A DNA stretch of 64,000 bases from Candidatus Collierbacteria bacterium RIFOXYD2_FULL_45_13 (GCA_001774685.1 MFAS01000001.1:287557-351556), one strand, 5' to 3'. Shown: positions 7,647-18,203, numbered from the stretch's first letter. Translations and numbers: made by a program. The notes: generated by a model not told the origin, from the sequence alone.

Positions 7647-10600
7647 ATGATTAAACAAAAAAAACGCGAAAATTGGGGTAACATAGCCTCAAAGTTACCT
7701 GAGTCCAACTTGGCTCAAACCCAGCTAGACTCCTACAAACAATTTCTCGAAGAAGGCATCCGTGAATCATTACTCGAACTAAACCCCATCAAAGACTTTA
7801 CCGGTAAGGTCTTTGAGTTTGAATTTTTGAGCAACCGTGTTGGGCTTCCCAAGTTTTCTCCCAAGCAGTCGATTGAAAAAGGCGTCACTTTTGAGTCTCC
7901 TCTTTGGGCTACCGTCAAACTGACGAATCTCCACACCAAAGCCACTCAGCAGCAGGAAATCTTCCTTGGGGATATTCCCATGATGACTTCTATTGGTACC
8001 TTTATCATCAATGGCGTCGAGCGCGTTGTTGTTAACCAGCTGGTCCGTTCCCCCGGTGCCTATTTTACCCGCGAATTTGATCCTCATTCCGGCAGAGCAA
8101 TGCATCAGGCTGAGGTACGACCCATGCGCGGTTCATGGCTTGAATTTATTGTTTCTCGAAATGATTATATTTCGGTCCGCATTGATCGACACCGTAAAGT
8201 ATCCGCCACGACCCTTATTCGAGCTTTGGGATACTCAACCAACGAGGAAATCTTGGCACTTTTTGCCAATGTGGATACCGACAAAGAACATCGCTACATC
8301 GCCACCACCCTCTTAAAAGACAACAGCACGAATACCGAAGAAGCAATCCTTGACTTCTACCAGAAAGTCAGACCAGGAGAGCCAGCCGTTTTGGAAAATG
8401 CCAAAGCCCTTCTCCACCAAATGTTTTTTGATTCCCGCCGCTACAATCTTGGTTTGGTTGGTCGTTACAAGATGAACCGCAAATTGGGTATCAACACCCC
8501 TGTTGACAAGCAACACATTACTCTCAGTAATGACGACTTCATTGGTTCCATCAAGTATCTGATAGGTCTTCAGAATGGCCAAGGTAAGGTAGACGATATT
8601 GACCACTTGGCTAACCGACGTCTTCGCTGTGTCGGAGAGCTGGTGAACCAGACCTCCTTCAAGGCTGGGCTTTTAAGACTCGAACGCTCGATCAAAGAGA
8701 AGATGTCTCTTGCCAAGCCGGATGAGCTTCCCACCCCGGCTGCCTTTGTCAACCCTCGTCCCATCATCTCCGCTATCACGGAATTCTTCCGCCGAAACAG
8801 ACTTAGTTCTATCTTGGATCAAGTCAACCCTCTTTCCGAAGTGGACAACTTGAGACGTATTTCGGTCATGGGTCCGGGAGGTATCACCCGTGAAAGAGCT
8901 TCTTTCTCCATGCGTGATATTCACTCTTCTCAATACTCTCGTATATGTCCGGTCCGGTCTCCCGAAGGTCCAAACATTGGTCTCGTCACCTACTTGGCCC
9001 TTTACTCCCGTATAAATCCTTATGGTTTTCTCGAAGCTCCCTATCTCAAAGTCAGTAAGGTTGAAAAAGCCGGCAAAACTACCTTCAAAATTGGTGCAGA
9101 AGTTGTTTACTTAGCTGCCGATGATGAGGAGGATGCATATATTACACATGCTGGTATCGAACGTGAAGGCGACGTTATTATCCAAAAGTGGGTGCCTGTC
9201 CGATACGGAGGCAAATTCATTGAAGCAGACATTGATAAAGTTCAGTACATCGACGTGATTCCCAGACAAGTTGTAGGGACCTCCGCAGCCCTTATCCCAT
9301 TTGTCCAGCAAGATGAAGGAACTCGTGCCCTCATGGGTACACATCACCTCACCCAGGCACTTCCACTGGTGAAACCCACCGCCCCCATCGTAGGAACAGG
9401 TATGGAAGAAGTCACTGCCAAGGGTATGGGTTGGGTAGTTTCTTCTGCTTTCGATGGAGAGGTGCTTTCGGTAGACGGTAATCACATTAGTCTAAAGCTG
9501 TCAGTCAAAGACGCGGCCAAGGCCGTCACTGAAATATCCCCTTACGACTATGGCTTTGTCGAACTTCACAAAGACATCGTCACTTATAATCTCCGCAAAT
9601 ACCACAACTCTTCTCAGGACACTTGTTACAACCAACACCCACTAGTCGCCGTCGGGGACAATATAAAAAAAGGAGATGTCATCATTAACGGTCCCGCCTC
9701 CGAGAACGGCGAACTTGCTTTAGGTCAAAATCTTTTAATTGCCTATGCCGCCTTTGAGGGATTGGGTTATGAGGATGCCATTGTCGTCTCCGATCGTTGC
9801 GTCCGCGAAGACTTGTTGTCTTCCATCCACATTCACGAGCATACCTGCGATGTCATGGATACTAAGCTCGGTGCCGAGGAACTAACACGGGACATCCCCA
9901 ATGTTGCCGAAGTTGATCTTAAGAACCTTGGTCAAGATGGCGTCGTTGCCATCGGTTCCGTCGTAGGACCAAATGATATCTTGATCGGAAAAATTGCCCC
10001 TAAGGGTGAAACCGAATTAACCGCCGAAGAAAGACTTTTGAGAGCCATTTTTGGCGAAAAAGCTCGTGAAGTCCGCGACACCTCACTTCGTATGCCTCAT
10101 GGAGAGCAAGGCGTAGTCGTGTCTGTGAGAACCCTTAGTCGCGAAGAAGGCGATGAGCTGGATGCCGGAGTCATTACTCAAATAAAAATTAAAGTTGCTC
10201 AGCTTAGAAAAATCACTGTCGGCGATAAAGTTGCCGGTAGACATGGTAACAAGGGCGTCATCAGTAAAATTGTTTCAGATGCCGACATGCCTCATCTCGC
10301 TGACGGCCGTCCGGTAGACATCATCATTTCTCCTCTTTCTGTTCTGGCTCGTATGAACCTCGGACAGTTATTGGAAGCCCAACTGGCTTTTGCGGGTGAG
10401 CAGCTCGATAAAAGATTTTCTGTACCGGTCTTCGAAAAAGTTTCCGAATCTCAAATTACCGATGTGCTCAAAGAGGCCGGTTTACCGGTCACCGGTAAAT
10501 CACAGCTTTACGATGGGCGCACGGGTGAGCCTTTTGCTCAAGAAACTGCCGTGGGTGTCGGATACATTATCAAGCTCAACCACATGGTTGAGGACAAGAC

Positions 10601-11093
10601 TCACGCCCGCTCGATCGGACCTTATTCCCTGGTCACCCAGCAACCCCTTGGCGGTAAAGCTCAGATGGGTGGACAGCGTTTGGGAGAAATGGAAGTCTGG
10701 GCTCTCGAAGCTCATAAAGCTGCTTATTCTCTCCAGGAAATGCTTACTCTCAAGTCCGATGATGTCGTTGGTCGCTCGAAAGCTTTTGAAGCCATCGTTA
10801 AGGGTGAGACTATCCCCATGTCCTCCATCCCCGAATCCTTTAAGGTCTTGGTTAAAGAGCTCAACTCCCTCTGTCTTGCTGTCATTCCCACCGGTCAGGT
10901 CGTCGCCGCCGTCGAAGAAGCTATGCCGGTCAAACCGGAAATAGCTGCAGCCATTGACGAGGCCACCTCCATGTCCGATGAGCTTAAAGCCTCAACTTTT
11001 GAAGAAGAGGATGAAAGCGGTGAGCCAATAGACGAAGTTAGTGAAGAATCGGCCGAAGCAGGAGATCCAAATCCGGATTTAGAAAATCAGTAA
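7647..11093 (+). CDS. rpoB: RNA polymerase beta subunit
   Basis: GTFIINGVERV, GDKVAGRHGNKG, GGQRLGEMEVWAL. Confidence 0.99.
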   Translation: MIKQKKRENWGNIASKLPESNLAQTQLDSYKQFLEEGIRESLLELNPIKDFTGKVFEFEFLSNRVGLPKFSPKQSIEKGVTFESPLWATVKLTNLHTKATQQQEIFLGDIPMMTSIGTFIINGVERVVVNQLVRSPGAYFTREFDPHSGRAMHQAEVRPMRGSWLEFIVSRNDYISVRIDRHRKVSATTLIRALGYSTNEEILALFANVDTDKEHRYIATTLLKDNSTNTEEAILDFYQKVRPGEPAVLENAKALLHQMFFDSRRYNLGLVGRYKMNRKLGINTPVDKQHITLSNDDFIGSIKYLIGLQNGQGKVDDIDHLANRRLRCVGELVNQTSFKAGLLRLERSIKEKMSLAKPDELPTPAAFVNPRPIISAITEFFRRNRLSSILDQVNPLSEVDNLRRISVMGPGGITRERASFSMRDIHSSQYSRICPVRSPEGPNIGLVTYLALYSRINPYGFLEAPYLKVSKVEKAGKTTFKIGAEVVYLAADDEEDAYITHAGIEREGDVIIQKWVPVRYGGKFIEADIDKVQYIDVIPRQVVGTSAALIPFVQQDEGTRALMGTHHLTQALPLVKPTAPIVGTGMEEVTAKGMGWVVSSAFDGEVLSVDGNHISLKLSVKDAAKAVTEISPYDYGFVELHKDIVTYNLRKYHNSSQDTCYNQHPLVAVGDNIKKGDVIINGPASENGELALGQNLLIAYAAFEGLGYEDAIVVSDRCVREDLLSSIHIHEHTCDVMDTKLGAEELTRDIPNVAEVDLKNLGQDGVVAIGSVVGPNDILIGKIAPKGETELTAEERLLRAIFGEKAREVRDTSLRMPHGEQGVVVSVRTLSREEGDELDAGVITQIKIKVAQLRKITVGDKVAGRHGNKGVISKIVSDADMPHLADGRPVDIIISPLSVLARMNLGQLLEAQLAFAGEQLDKRFSVPVFEKVSESQITDVLKEAGLPVTGKSQLYDGRTGEPFAQETAVGVGYIIKLNHMVEDKTHARSIGPYSLVTQQPLGGKAQMGGQRLGEMEVWALEAHKAAYSLQEMLTLKSDDVVGRSKAFEAIVKGETIPMSSIPESFKVLVKELNSLCLAVIPTGQVVAAVEEAMPVKPEIAAAIDEATSMSDELKASTFEEEDESGEPIDEVSEESAEAGDPNPDLENQ

Positions 11094-11119
11094 TTAAAGT
11101 AAACCTAAAAAACTAAAAC

Positions 11120-14100
11120 ATGAATAATATTGTCGATTTCTCAGGTTTGCAGATCAGACTCGCTAGCCCCGAAGATATTCGTAGTTGGTCTTATGGTCTC
11201 GTCACCAAGCCGGAAACCATTAATTACCGAACCCAAAAACCTGAAAAGGACGGTCTTTTCTGCGAGCGCATTTTTGGACCTACTAAGGATTGGGAATGTT
11301 ACTGTGGCAAATACAAACGAGTCCGTTTCAAAGGTATTGTTTGTGATAAATGTGGCGTCGAAGTTACTCTAAGTCGTGTCCGCCGCGAGCGTATGGGTCA
11401 CATCGAGCTTTCCGCCCCGGTCGCCCACGTTTGGTTTTTCAAAGGGGCTCCCAGCAAACTCTCCCTTCTTCTGGATATCTCCCCTAAGGCTTTAACTTCA
11501 GTCATTTACTTTAGTAAGTTCCTTATCATGTCAACTAATGAAGAAGGACGAGAAGAAGCCTTGAAGAGTGTCGAAACCCAAAAAGAAGCCAAGCTCAATG
11601 AAGTTCGTTCCAATTTTGACAAGCAGATCGAAGACATAAAAACTCTGGGAGAAAAAGAAGTTTCCGAATTAAAAAAGAAAATTAAGGTTAAGGACGAATT
11701 AGAGCTCAAAACAGAAGACCTCAAGGTTCAATACAAACAAAAAGTGGCCTCGCTTCGTGAACAAATGGTGGTGGAGCTTACTTTTACCGAAGAAATTTAT
11801 AGCAAACTAGGTGCCTTGGTCGAAAGAATTCAAGCCAACTCTTTGGTTTCCGATTCTGAATTCGCCAAGCTCGAAGAATACCGGCTTGTTGATTGGCTTG
11901 AGGCTGGAATGGGCTCAGAAGCCCTTCTCGATGCTCTCAAAAAAGTAAATCTAGAAGAACTTGCCGCCAAACTCAAAGAAGATCTCAACAGTCCTTCAGA
12001 AGCCAAGAAGCTCAGGGCTACCAAACGACTTCAAGTAGTACGTGGTTTAGCCGACTCCAAAATCAAACCGGAATGGATGATTGTTCAGACTCTCCCGGTT
12101 ATTCCTCCTGACCTCCGTCCCATGGTTCAGCTTTCCGGTGGCCGCTTCGCTGCCTCGGACTTAAACGACCTCTATCGTCGAGTCATCAATCGCAACAACC
12201 GTCTTAAACATCTTATCGATCTTGGTGCTCCGGAGATTATTTTGAGAAACGAAAAACGCATGCTTCAGGAAGCCGTCGATTCTCTGATTGACTCCTCTCA
12301 AGCTAGATCCACTCGTCGATCGCGCACCGGCAAGACTCTCAAGTCCTTGTCCGACATGCTTCGTGGTAAACAGGGTCGCTTCCGTCAAAACCTTCTCGGT
12401 AAACGTGTTGACTACTCCGGCCGTAGCGTCATCGTTGTTGGACCAGAGCTTAAACTTAACCAGTGTGGTCTTCCGAAAGATATGGCTTTGGAAATGTTCA
12501 AGCCATTTGTTCTTCACGAGCTGATAAAACAAGACATGGCTCCAAACGTTAAGGCCGCCAAAGTCCTCATCGAAAAGAGACAGCCGGAAGTTTTTGATAT
12601 TCTCGAAAAAATTACCAAGAAGCACCCGGTCCTCCTAAACCGTGCTCCCACACTTCACAAGCTTTCGATTCAAGCCTTCTGGCCGGTTCTGGTTGATGGA
12701 GCCGCCATTCGTTTACACCCGGTAGTTTGTGGCGGTTTCAACGCTGACTTCGATGGAGACCAAATGGCCGTGCATGTACCCCTGACCAAAAAAGCCATTA
12801 TGGAAGCCAAGAAACACATGCTTCCTCAATTCAATCTTGTAAAACCCTCAGCCGGTAATCCGGTTTCCATTCCTGATTCCAAGGAAATGGCTATCGGTGT
12901 TTACTATCTTACTTCGATCGATACCAAACTGGCTCCCTATGCCACACCTTTCTCTTCTCCAACTGAGGCCATCACTGCCTATGAGACAGGTGTATTGAAT
13001 CCGCGCCAACCGATCAAGGTTCGCTTAGTCGCTGGAAAATCGGAACTTACGGAGACCACCGTTGGCCGCATCATTTTCAACCAAATTCTTCCAAAAGAGT
13101 GGGCCTTCATCAATCACAACCTCCCTCGAAAAGAAATCTCCTCAATGTTCCACCGTGCCATCAAAGAGCTAGATATCAAACGGGTGGTCAGGCTCATTGA
13201 CGGAGTTAAAAACATCGGTTTTGCTTACTCCACCATTTCTGGCCTCTCCTTTGCTATTTCCGATAACGAAATGTACTCCGAAAAAGACGCCGTCATTGAA
13301 GCTGGAAACCAGAAGGCGAAAGAAATTGAGGAAAACTACAACACTGGTCTAATCACCAACGAAGAAAGACGTAAACTCACCATTCAGATGTGGATGGATA
13401 CAGCCGACGATCTCGCCGAAAAAACCTGGCAAGAATTCTCCGAAGATAATCCGGTCCGCTTGATTATTGATACCGGTATGGGACGTATTACCAAAAATAC
13501 TATCAAACAGCTTTCCGCCATGCGTGGTATCAACGTGGATCCTCTGGGTAACATGGTGGAGTTACCTACCAAAGGCAACTTCCGTGAAGGTCTAAATATT
13601 TTTGAATACGTTACTTCAATTCGTGGATCCAGAAAGGGTTTGACTGATACCGCACTTCGTACCGCCGACGCCGGTTACCTAACCCGTCGACTGGTTGATG
13701 TCAGTCACGACGCTATCATCAGAGCCGAAGACTGTGGCACCGATGAATTCGTCACGATTTCTGTAGACGATAGCCGAGGCAAGATCTTCGAAAAACGCAT
13801 CAATTCCCGTTACGCCGCCAAGAAAGTAATCTCACCGGAAACACATAAGGCTTTGGTCGACGCCGGAGAAATGATTACCGAAGAAATTGCTTCCGGGATT
13901 ACGAGATCCGGTGTCAAAGAGGTTGAGGTTCGCTCTCCACTGACCTGCAAGATGCGTTTTGGTCTCTGTATTAAGTGTTACGGAAACAACTTAGCCAGTA
14001 ACTCAGCCGCTGTCATCGGAGATCCAGCCGGAGTTATCGCCGCCCAGTCTATTGGTGAACCTGGAACTCAGCTTACCATGCGTACCAAGCACTCCGGTGG

Positions 14101-14827
14101 TGTGGCTGGTGTCGACGTTACCCAAGGTCTTCCTCGAGTAACCGAGCTATTTGAAGTCCGCCAACCCAAATTGGTAGCCCCCATTTCTGAGGTTTCCGGT
14201 AAAGTAAAAATTGTAGAAACAGATAATGGAAATCTTGTCACAGTTACTCCTACCGGTAAGAAAGAGGACCGTAAAGAATATCTGATTCCTTTGGCCATGC
14301 CTCTTAAGGTTGAGGATGCCGAGATGGTCGCGGTCGGAACTCAACTGGCCGCCGGTGGTGTGGATATTAAAGAGCTTCTCAAGATTAAAGGTCTCAGATC
14401 TGCCCAGAACTACCTTATTGGTGAAATTCAGGCAATCTACGAGTCTCAGGGTATCGGTATTCATGACAAACACTTTGAGGTGATCGTTCGTAAGATGTGC
14501 GACTATGTCCGCATCGACTCGCTTGGAGATACTAGTTTGGTTGCCGGAGATGTTATCAGTCGAGGTGCCTACGAAATGGCCAACGAAGCCATCCTTGCTC
14601 AAGGAGGAGAACCAGCCACAGCCACCAACCTGATTCTTGGTACCATTCGCGCCGCTCTTCACACCGATTCGTGGCTTTCTGCGGCATCCTTCCAGGATAC
14701 CACCAGTGTTCTTACCGATGCTGCCACTCAGGGCAAGATCGATCATCTTGTGGGTATGAAAGAAAACGTTATTATTGGTCGGTTGGTTCCCACGAGTAAG
14801 CTGCGTGCCAGAATAGAGAATATCTGA
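11120..14827 (+). CDS. rpoC: RNA polymerase beta' subunit
   Basis: [12 protein letters not shown], Zn finger [21 protein letters not shown]. Confidence 0.99.
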   Translation: MNNIVDFSGLQIRLASPEDIRSWSYGLVTKPETINYRTQKPEKDGLFCERIFGPTKDWECYCGKYKRVRFKGIVCDKCGVEVTLSRVRRERMGHIELSAPVAHVWFFKGAPSKLSLLLDISPKALTSVIYFSKFLIMSTNEEGREEALKSVETQKEAKLNEVRSNFDKQIEDIKTLGEKEVSELKKKIKVKDELELKTEDLKVQYKQKVASLREQMVVELTFTEEIYSKLGALVERIQANSLVSDSEFAKLEEYRLVDWLEAGMGSEALLDALKKVNLEELAAKLKEDLNSPSEAKKLRATKRLQVVRGLADSKIKPEWMIVQTLPVIPPDLRPMVQLSGGRFAASDLNDLYRRVINRNNRLKHLIDLGAPEIILRNEKRMLQEAVDSLIDSSQARSTRRSRTGKTLKSLSDMLRGKQGRFRQNLLGKRVDYSGRSVIVVGPELKLNQCGLPKDMALEMFKPFVLHELIKQDMAPNVKAAKVLIEKRQPEVFDILEKITKKHPVLLNRAPTLHKLSIQAFWPVLVDGAAIRLHPVVCGGFNADFDGDQMAVHVPLTKKAIMEAKKHMLPQFNLVKPSAGNPVSIPDSKEMAIGVYYLTSIDTKLAPYATPFSSPTEAITAYETGVLNPRQPIKVRLVAGKSELTETTVGRIIFNQILPKEWAFINHNLPRKEISSMFHRAIKELDIKRVVRLIDGVKNIGFAYSTISGLSFAISDNEMYSEKDAVIEAGNQKAKEIEENYNTGLITNEERRKLTIQMWMDTADDLAEKTWQEFSEDNPVRLIIDTGMGRITKNTIKQLSAMRGINVDPLGNMVELPTKGNFREGLNIFEYVTSIRGSRKGLTDTALRTADAGYLTRRLVDVSHDAIIRAEDCGTDEFVTISVDDSRGKIFEKRINSRYAAKKVISPETHKALVDAGEMITEEIASGITRSGVKEVEVRSPLTCKMRFGLCIKCYGNNLASNSAAVIGDPAGVIAAQSIGEPGTQLTMRTKHSGGVAGVDVTQGLPRVTELFEVRQPKLVAPISEVSGKVKIVETDNGNLVTVTPTGKKEDRKEYLIPLAMPLKVEDAEMVAVGTQLAAGGVDIKELLKIKGLRSAQNYLIGEIQAIYESQGIGIHDKHFEVIVRKMCDYVRIDSLGDTSLVAGDVISRGAYEMANEAILAQGGEPATATNLILGTIRAALHTDSWLSAASFQDTTSVLTDAATQGKIDHLVGMKENVIIGRLVPTSKLRARIENI

Positions 14828-14846
14828 TAAAATACACGAGCTAACT

Positions 14847-15269
14847 ATGCCTACAACTAACCAACTAATTAAACACGGGCGTCTAAATAGTGCCCGTAAA
14901 ATCAAAACCACCGCTCTTCGCAAGAGTTTCAACTCGATCAAGCGTCGTATGGTTTCTACCCAAAGTCCACAAAAGGCTGGAGTTTGTCTTCAGGTAAAAA
15001 CCATGACCCCGAAAAAACCAAACTCAGCTCTTCGCAAGATTGCCCGTGTGAGACTCTCCAACAAACAAGAGGTTACCGCCTATATCATGGGCGAGGGACA
15101 CAATCTGGCTGAGCACAGTATCGTCCTTATCCGCGGTGGTCGTGTTCGCGATCTCCCGGGTGTCAAATATCACATTGTCCGAGGAAAGCTCGATACCGGT
15201 GGTATCGAGAAGCGCCGCACTAGTCGTAGTAAATACGGCAGCAAGCGCCCTTCGGCAGCCAAAAAATAA
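14847..15269 (+). CDS. rpsL: 30S ribosomal protein S12
   Basis: [18 protein letters not shown]. Confidence 0.99.
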   Translation: MPTTNQLIKHGRLNSARKIKTTALRKSFNSIKRRMVSTQSPQKAGVCLQVKTMTPKKPNSALRKIARVRLSNKQEVTAYIMGEGHNLAEHSIVLIRGGRVRDLPGVKYHIVRGKLDTGGIEKRRTSRSKYGSKRPSAAKK

Positions 15270-15278
15270 AATAAACAT

Positions 15279-15755
15279 ATGAGATCCAAGAAAACCCCAG
15301 CCAAAAAAATCCAACTTGACCCTGTTTACGGCAGCCCTTTAATTGCCAAACTTATTACCAGTGTCATGCAAGATGGGCGTAAATCAGTTGCCGCCAAACA
15401 AGTATACAAAGCTATTGATATCGTAGCTGAACAAACCAAGCAAGACGGTGTCGAATACTTACACGCCTCTTTGGACAACATCAAACCCACCATCGAAGTC
15501 CGCTCTCGCCGTGTCGGCGGTGCTTCCTACCAAGTCCCTACCCCTATCCGTCCAGAGCGTCGTGATTCTCTTGCCATTCGCTGGCTGATCAACGCCGCCA
15601 AAGCTCGTGGAGCCAATCCTTATCGCACTCTGGCCGACAAGCTCGCCGCTGAGATCGTCGAGGCCCACGAAAACGCCGGTGCCGCTATCAAAAAGAAGCT
15701 GGATACCCACAAGATGGCTGAAGCCAACAAGGCTTTCGCCCACTTCCGCTGGTAA
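15279..15755 (+). CDS. rpsG: 30S ribosomal protein S7
   Basis: EVRSRRVGGASYQVP, HKMAEANKAFAHFRW. Confidence 0.99.
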   Translation: MRSKKTPAKKIQLDPVYGSPLIAKLITSVMQDGRKSVAAKQVYKAIDIVAEQTKQDGVEYLHASLDNIKPTIEVRSRRVGGASYQVPTPIRPERRDSLAIRWLINAAKARGANPYRTLADKLAAEIVEAHENAGAAIKKKLDTHKMAEANKAFAHFRW

Positions 15756-15797
15756 TTGGTGATTCCGCCCTTCGCTCTATTAGACTCCCCTTATCGA

Positions 15798-15824
15798 TTG
15801 TGATATAATACCCCATAACGTTTT
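15798..15824 (+). promoter_or_regulatory. repeated extended -10 promoter/leader motif, copy 1
   Basis: TTGTGATATAATACCCCATAACGTTTT; near-identical copies at 16381 and 42085. Confidence 0.7.
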
Positions 15825-15859
15825 CGTCGCCCTTTCCCATTTTCTTCAAGGAGTATTCA

Positions 15860-16327
15860 ATGACCATTTTCCAGACTGTTATTCCACCTTATATTGACCC
15901 CCAAACGCGGCTCGAACTTTGGTCTGTTACCATTTTCGAGTTCGACGGGAAATATTATGCCAACCGTACCCTTCGCCAGGTCTCCACTTGGGAGGCGGAT
16001 GGTAAGTCTGTGTTGAAAGCAGTGGACGTACCCGCCAAAGTTTACGGTCCTGGTGACCCAATGATTCTCATCTCATTCCGCATGGGTAAACAAGCTGGCG
16101 TACTACTTCGCACCCGCACCGAGTTTGAGGCTTTAACTAAGGATTTTCCTATTAGGACTCAGCAAGAAGAGGCCGAGTGGCGGGAACAGGTATTAAACCT
16201 CGCAAAGTTGAGTTTTCTGAAGACTGAACATCGGATTCTTGAGCTCAAAGTTTCTCTGGCTCAAACTCAGATTGATCTCTGCCAGGCACTGGTCTCGGCT
16301 CTTCGCGAACCTCAGCCGAAGAACTGA
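15860..16327 (+). CDS. hypothetical protein with C-terminal coiled coil (orphan cassette)
   Basis: AAGGAG SD, own promoter and terminator. Confidence 0.7.
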   Translation: MTIFQTVIPPYIDPQTRLELWSVTIFEFDGKYYANRTLRQVSTWEADGKSVLKAVDVPAKVYGPGDPMILISFRMGKQAGVLLRTRTEFEALTKDFPIRTQQEEAEWREQVLNLAKLSFLKTEHRILELKVSLAQTQIDLCQALVSALREPQPKN

Positions 16328-16349
16328 CTCCAACTTCCCTTGAAACGCG

Positions 16350-16372
16350 AACCCCTGCTAGCCAGGGGTTTT
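16350..16372 (+). terminator. intrinsic terminator
   Basis: AACCCCTG-ctagc-CAGGGGTT-TT. Confidence 0.75.
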
Positions 16373-16380
16373 ATTATGTT

Positions 16381-16407
16381 TTGTGTTACAATACCCCATA
16401 ACGTTTT
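16381..16407 (+). promoter_or_regulatory. repeated extended -10 promoter/leader motif, copy 2
   Basis: TTGTGTTACAATACCCCATAACGTTTT, 25/27 identical to copy 1. Confidence 0.7.
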
Positions 16408-16444
16408 AAGTTCTTTCCAAATCTAGCTCGTATAGGAGGTCTCG

Positions 16445-17011
16445 ATGGGCGTTTTTCAAGGACACCAAGTTGCCTCATTGCTTGGCACTTTAATCATGGC
16501 GGTGTGGTTCATTCTGCCTCTGATCTTCAAAAAGCTGGAGATCATGCCAAAGATTGGAAGAGGTATGAAGTTCTGGGATTACTTCTTGGTGTACGCGTAT
16601 GCTCTGCTGATTCCGAACTCGACCTATGCGATGTTTGAGATCAGACACTTGCTCTACTTGGATGGCGTCGCTGACCTCCTCAGCATCTCCTCGTTTGTGG
16701 TTTTTGGAAGCCTTTCATTGATCGGCCTCTTAACCACGATCTGGGGCATCCGGCTGGTGGTGGACCACTATGCCAAGTCCAAGAAAGAAAGGGCCATTTA
16801 CACTATCGCTCTGTCTACCATCTGTAGCTTTGGGGCTGTGGTTGGTATCATGCAGTTCGCTAGCTTCCCAGCGATCCTCTTCCCTCCAGTTCTTATTCTC
16901 TGTGGAATAGAACTGCTCGCCAGACCCCATCTCATTCTCGTCGCCCTTGCCACCACTCTTTTTCTCTTTATTCTGAATCTCCTTCTCGACTATTTTCACC
17001 AACCCACCTAA
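16445..17011 (+). CDS. multi-TM membrane protein, DUF1361-like
   Basis: LLIPNSTYAMFEIRHL resembles the PNxxYxxxDxxHL motif; AGGAGGT SD. Confidence 0.6.
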   Translation: MGVFQGHQVASLLGTLIMAVWFILPLIFKKLEIMPKIGRGMKFWDYFLVYAYALLIPNSTYAMFEIRHLLYLDGVADLLSISSFVVFGSLSLIGLLTTIWGIRLVVDHYAKSKKERAIYTIALSTICSFGAVVGIMQFASFPAILFPPVLILCGIELLARPHLILVALATTLFLFILNLLLDYFHQPT

Positions 17012-17026
17012 TCAGTGGGTTGTTTT
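17001..17026 (+). terminator. intrinsic terminator overlapping stop codon
   Basis: AACCCAC-ctaatca-GTGGGTT-GTTTT. Confidence 0.6.
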
Positions 17027-17124
17027 ATTACGTTTCACGAAGGCGTTCAGTCATGGTTAGCCCTTAACCGCGCATCCCTACCAGGCTTCCATACTTGCTA
17101 AACATTCATATCGTATTCGTTCTC

Positions 17125-17152
17125 AACCCAAGCTTTAACACTTGGGTTTTTT
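17125..17152 (+). terminator. intrinsic terminator
   Basis: AACCCAAG-ctttaaca-CTTGGGTT-TTTT. Confidence 0.7.
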
Positions 17153-17192
17153 GTGAGTCGGATTTGAAATAATTTACGGGTAGAATAGGTCT

Positions 17193-18203
17193 ATGGAACA
17201 GTCATCAGCCGACACGGAACTTAAAAAAACGGACTCAAAAGCAGAAGATGTCATAGCCAAATCACATTTTGCTGGCAATTTTTCAGAGATTGGCGATTCT
17301 GTTGATCCAAACAAAGACTTATTCATGATCTCTCTCGATTCAATAGCCGATAAAATCAAATTTCTTCCAATACTGCCTAGAGGGTATGGAATCGCAGGTG
17401 GAACTGCAAGGAGCGCATTGTTGGAGCTACTTGGCGAGGATGCACCAAGGGCTATTGATCTCGACGTAGAGGCAATTGGGGAACTTATGCCAGATTTTTC
17501 AAAAAGAGAGGAATTGGCTAATATTTTTCAACAGAATGGTCGGGTTGAGCCGATTTCCGACCAAGGAAGCTTAATTAACTATTTTAGCTCCCGTGATTTC
17601 ACGATAAATGAGGTCTTCATTTATGGGAACAATCTCTACTTTTCCCGCCGAGCCATTCAAGATATGGAGAACAAGATCATTAGGCCTACCGAAAGTGAGA
17701 CTGGTTACGACAATTTCCCGCCCAGCGACGATGTTGTTGATTGGGGATCAGTAAAACCCAAGCTTCTAGTCAAGGCTCTTCTTCTTCAAATTGAATTCAT
17801 CAAACAATTTGGGGATGGGTCAATCCAAGATGCTGAGAGGTGGCGGTGGTCCTTTAACGACATCCCCGCTTTCAACATTGCTCTCGGCTTAGATAAGGCA
17901 ACGAAAAAGAAGGTTGGGTTGGAATTCATGAAGAGACTATTCGAGCTTGGTACTATTGATAAACGCGATATTCCAGAAGGTCTTACCCCTGAAGGGATCA
18001 GGAGATTGGCTGGTCTGACAAAACACTGGATGATACGTGACGGTGACGAGCGAGATTTCCAGTTTAGTGATGATTACTTCGACCAAGAGTACCCAGAAGG
18101 GTGGGAGTCAGCAGACGATAAGAAATTCGAAGAGATCTACACTCAGGCTGTCTCTCGGGCGGTTAAGATCAAGAATGTTGACCAAGAAGAACTACAATAT
18201 TAA
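17193..18203 (+). CDS. divergent class II nucleotidyltransferase (CCA-adding/poly(A) polymerase head domain)
   Basis: GIAGGTARS...IDLDV and SRDFTINEV correspond to the GGxVRD/DxD/RRDFTIN signatures. Confidence 0.7.
   Translation: MEQSSADTELKKTDSKAEDVIAKSHFAGNFSEIGDSVDPNKDLFMISLDSIADKIKFLPILPRGYGIAGGTARSALLELLGEDAPRAIDLDVEAIGELMPDFSKREELANIFQQNGRVEPISDQGSLINYFSSRDFTINEVFIYGNNLYFSRRAIQDMENKIIRPTESETGYDNFPPSDDVVDWGSVKPKLLVKALLLQIEFIKQFGDGSIQDAERWRWSFNDIPAFNIALGLDKATKKKVGLEFMKRLFELGTIDKRDIPEGLTPEGIRRLAGLTKHWMIRDGDERDFQFSDDYFDQEYPEGWESADDKKFEEIYTQAVSRAVKIKNVDQEELQY

Noticed and set aside
11520-11880. Coiled-coil insertion in the RpoC N-terminal region
   Set aside because: Corresponds to a known lineage-specific beta' insertion site; no intein motifs
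14147-14941. 264-aa antisense ORF and other shadow ORFs over rpoBC, fusA, tuf and r-protein genes
   Set aside because: Overlap conserved genes, have no motifs or initiation signals; expected from codon bias
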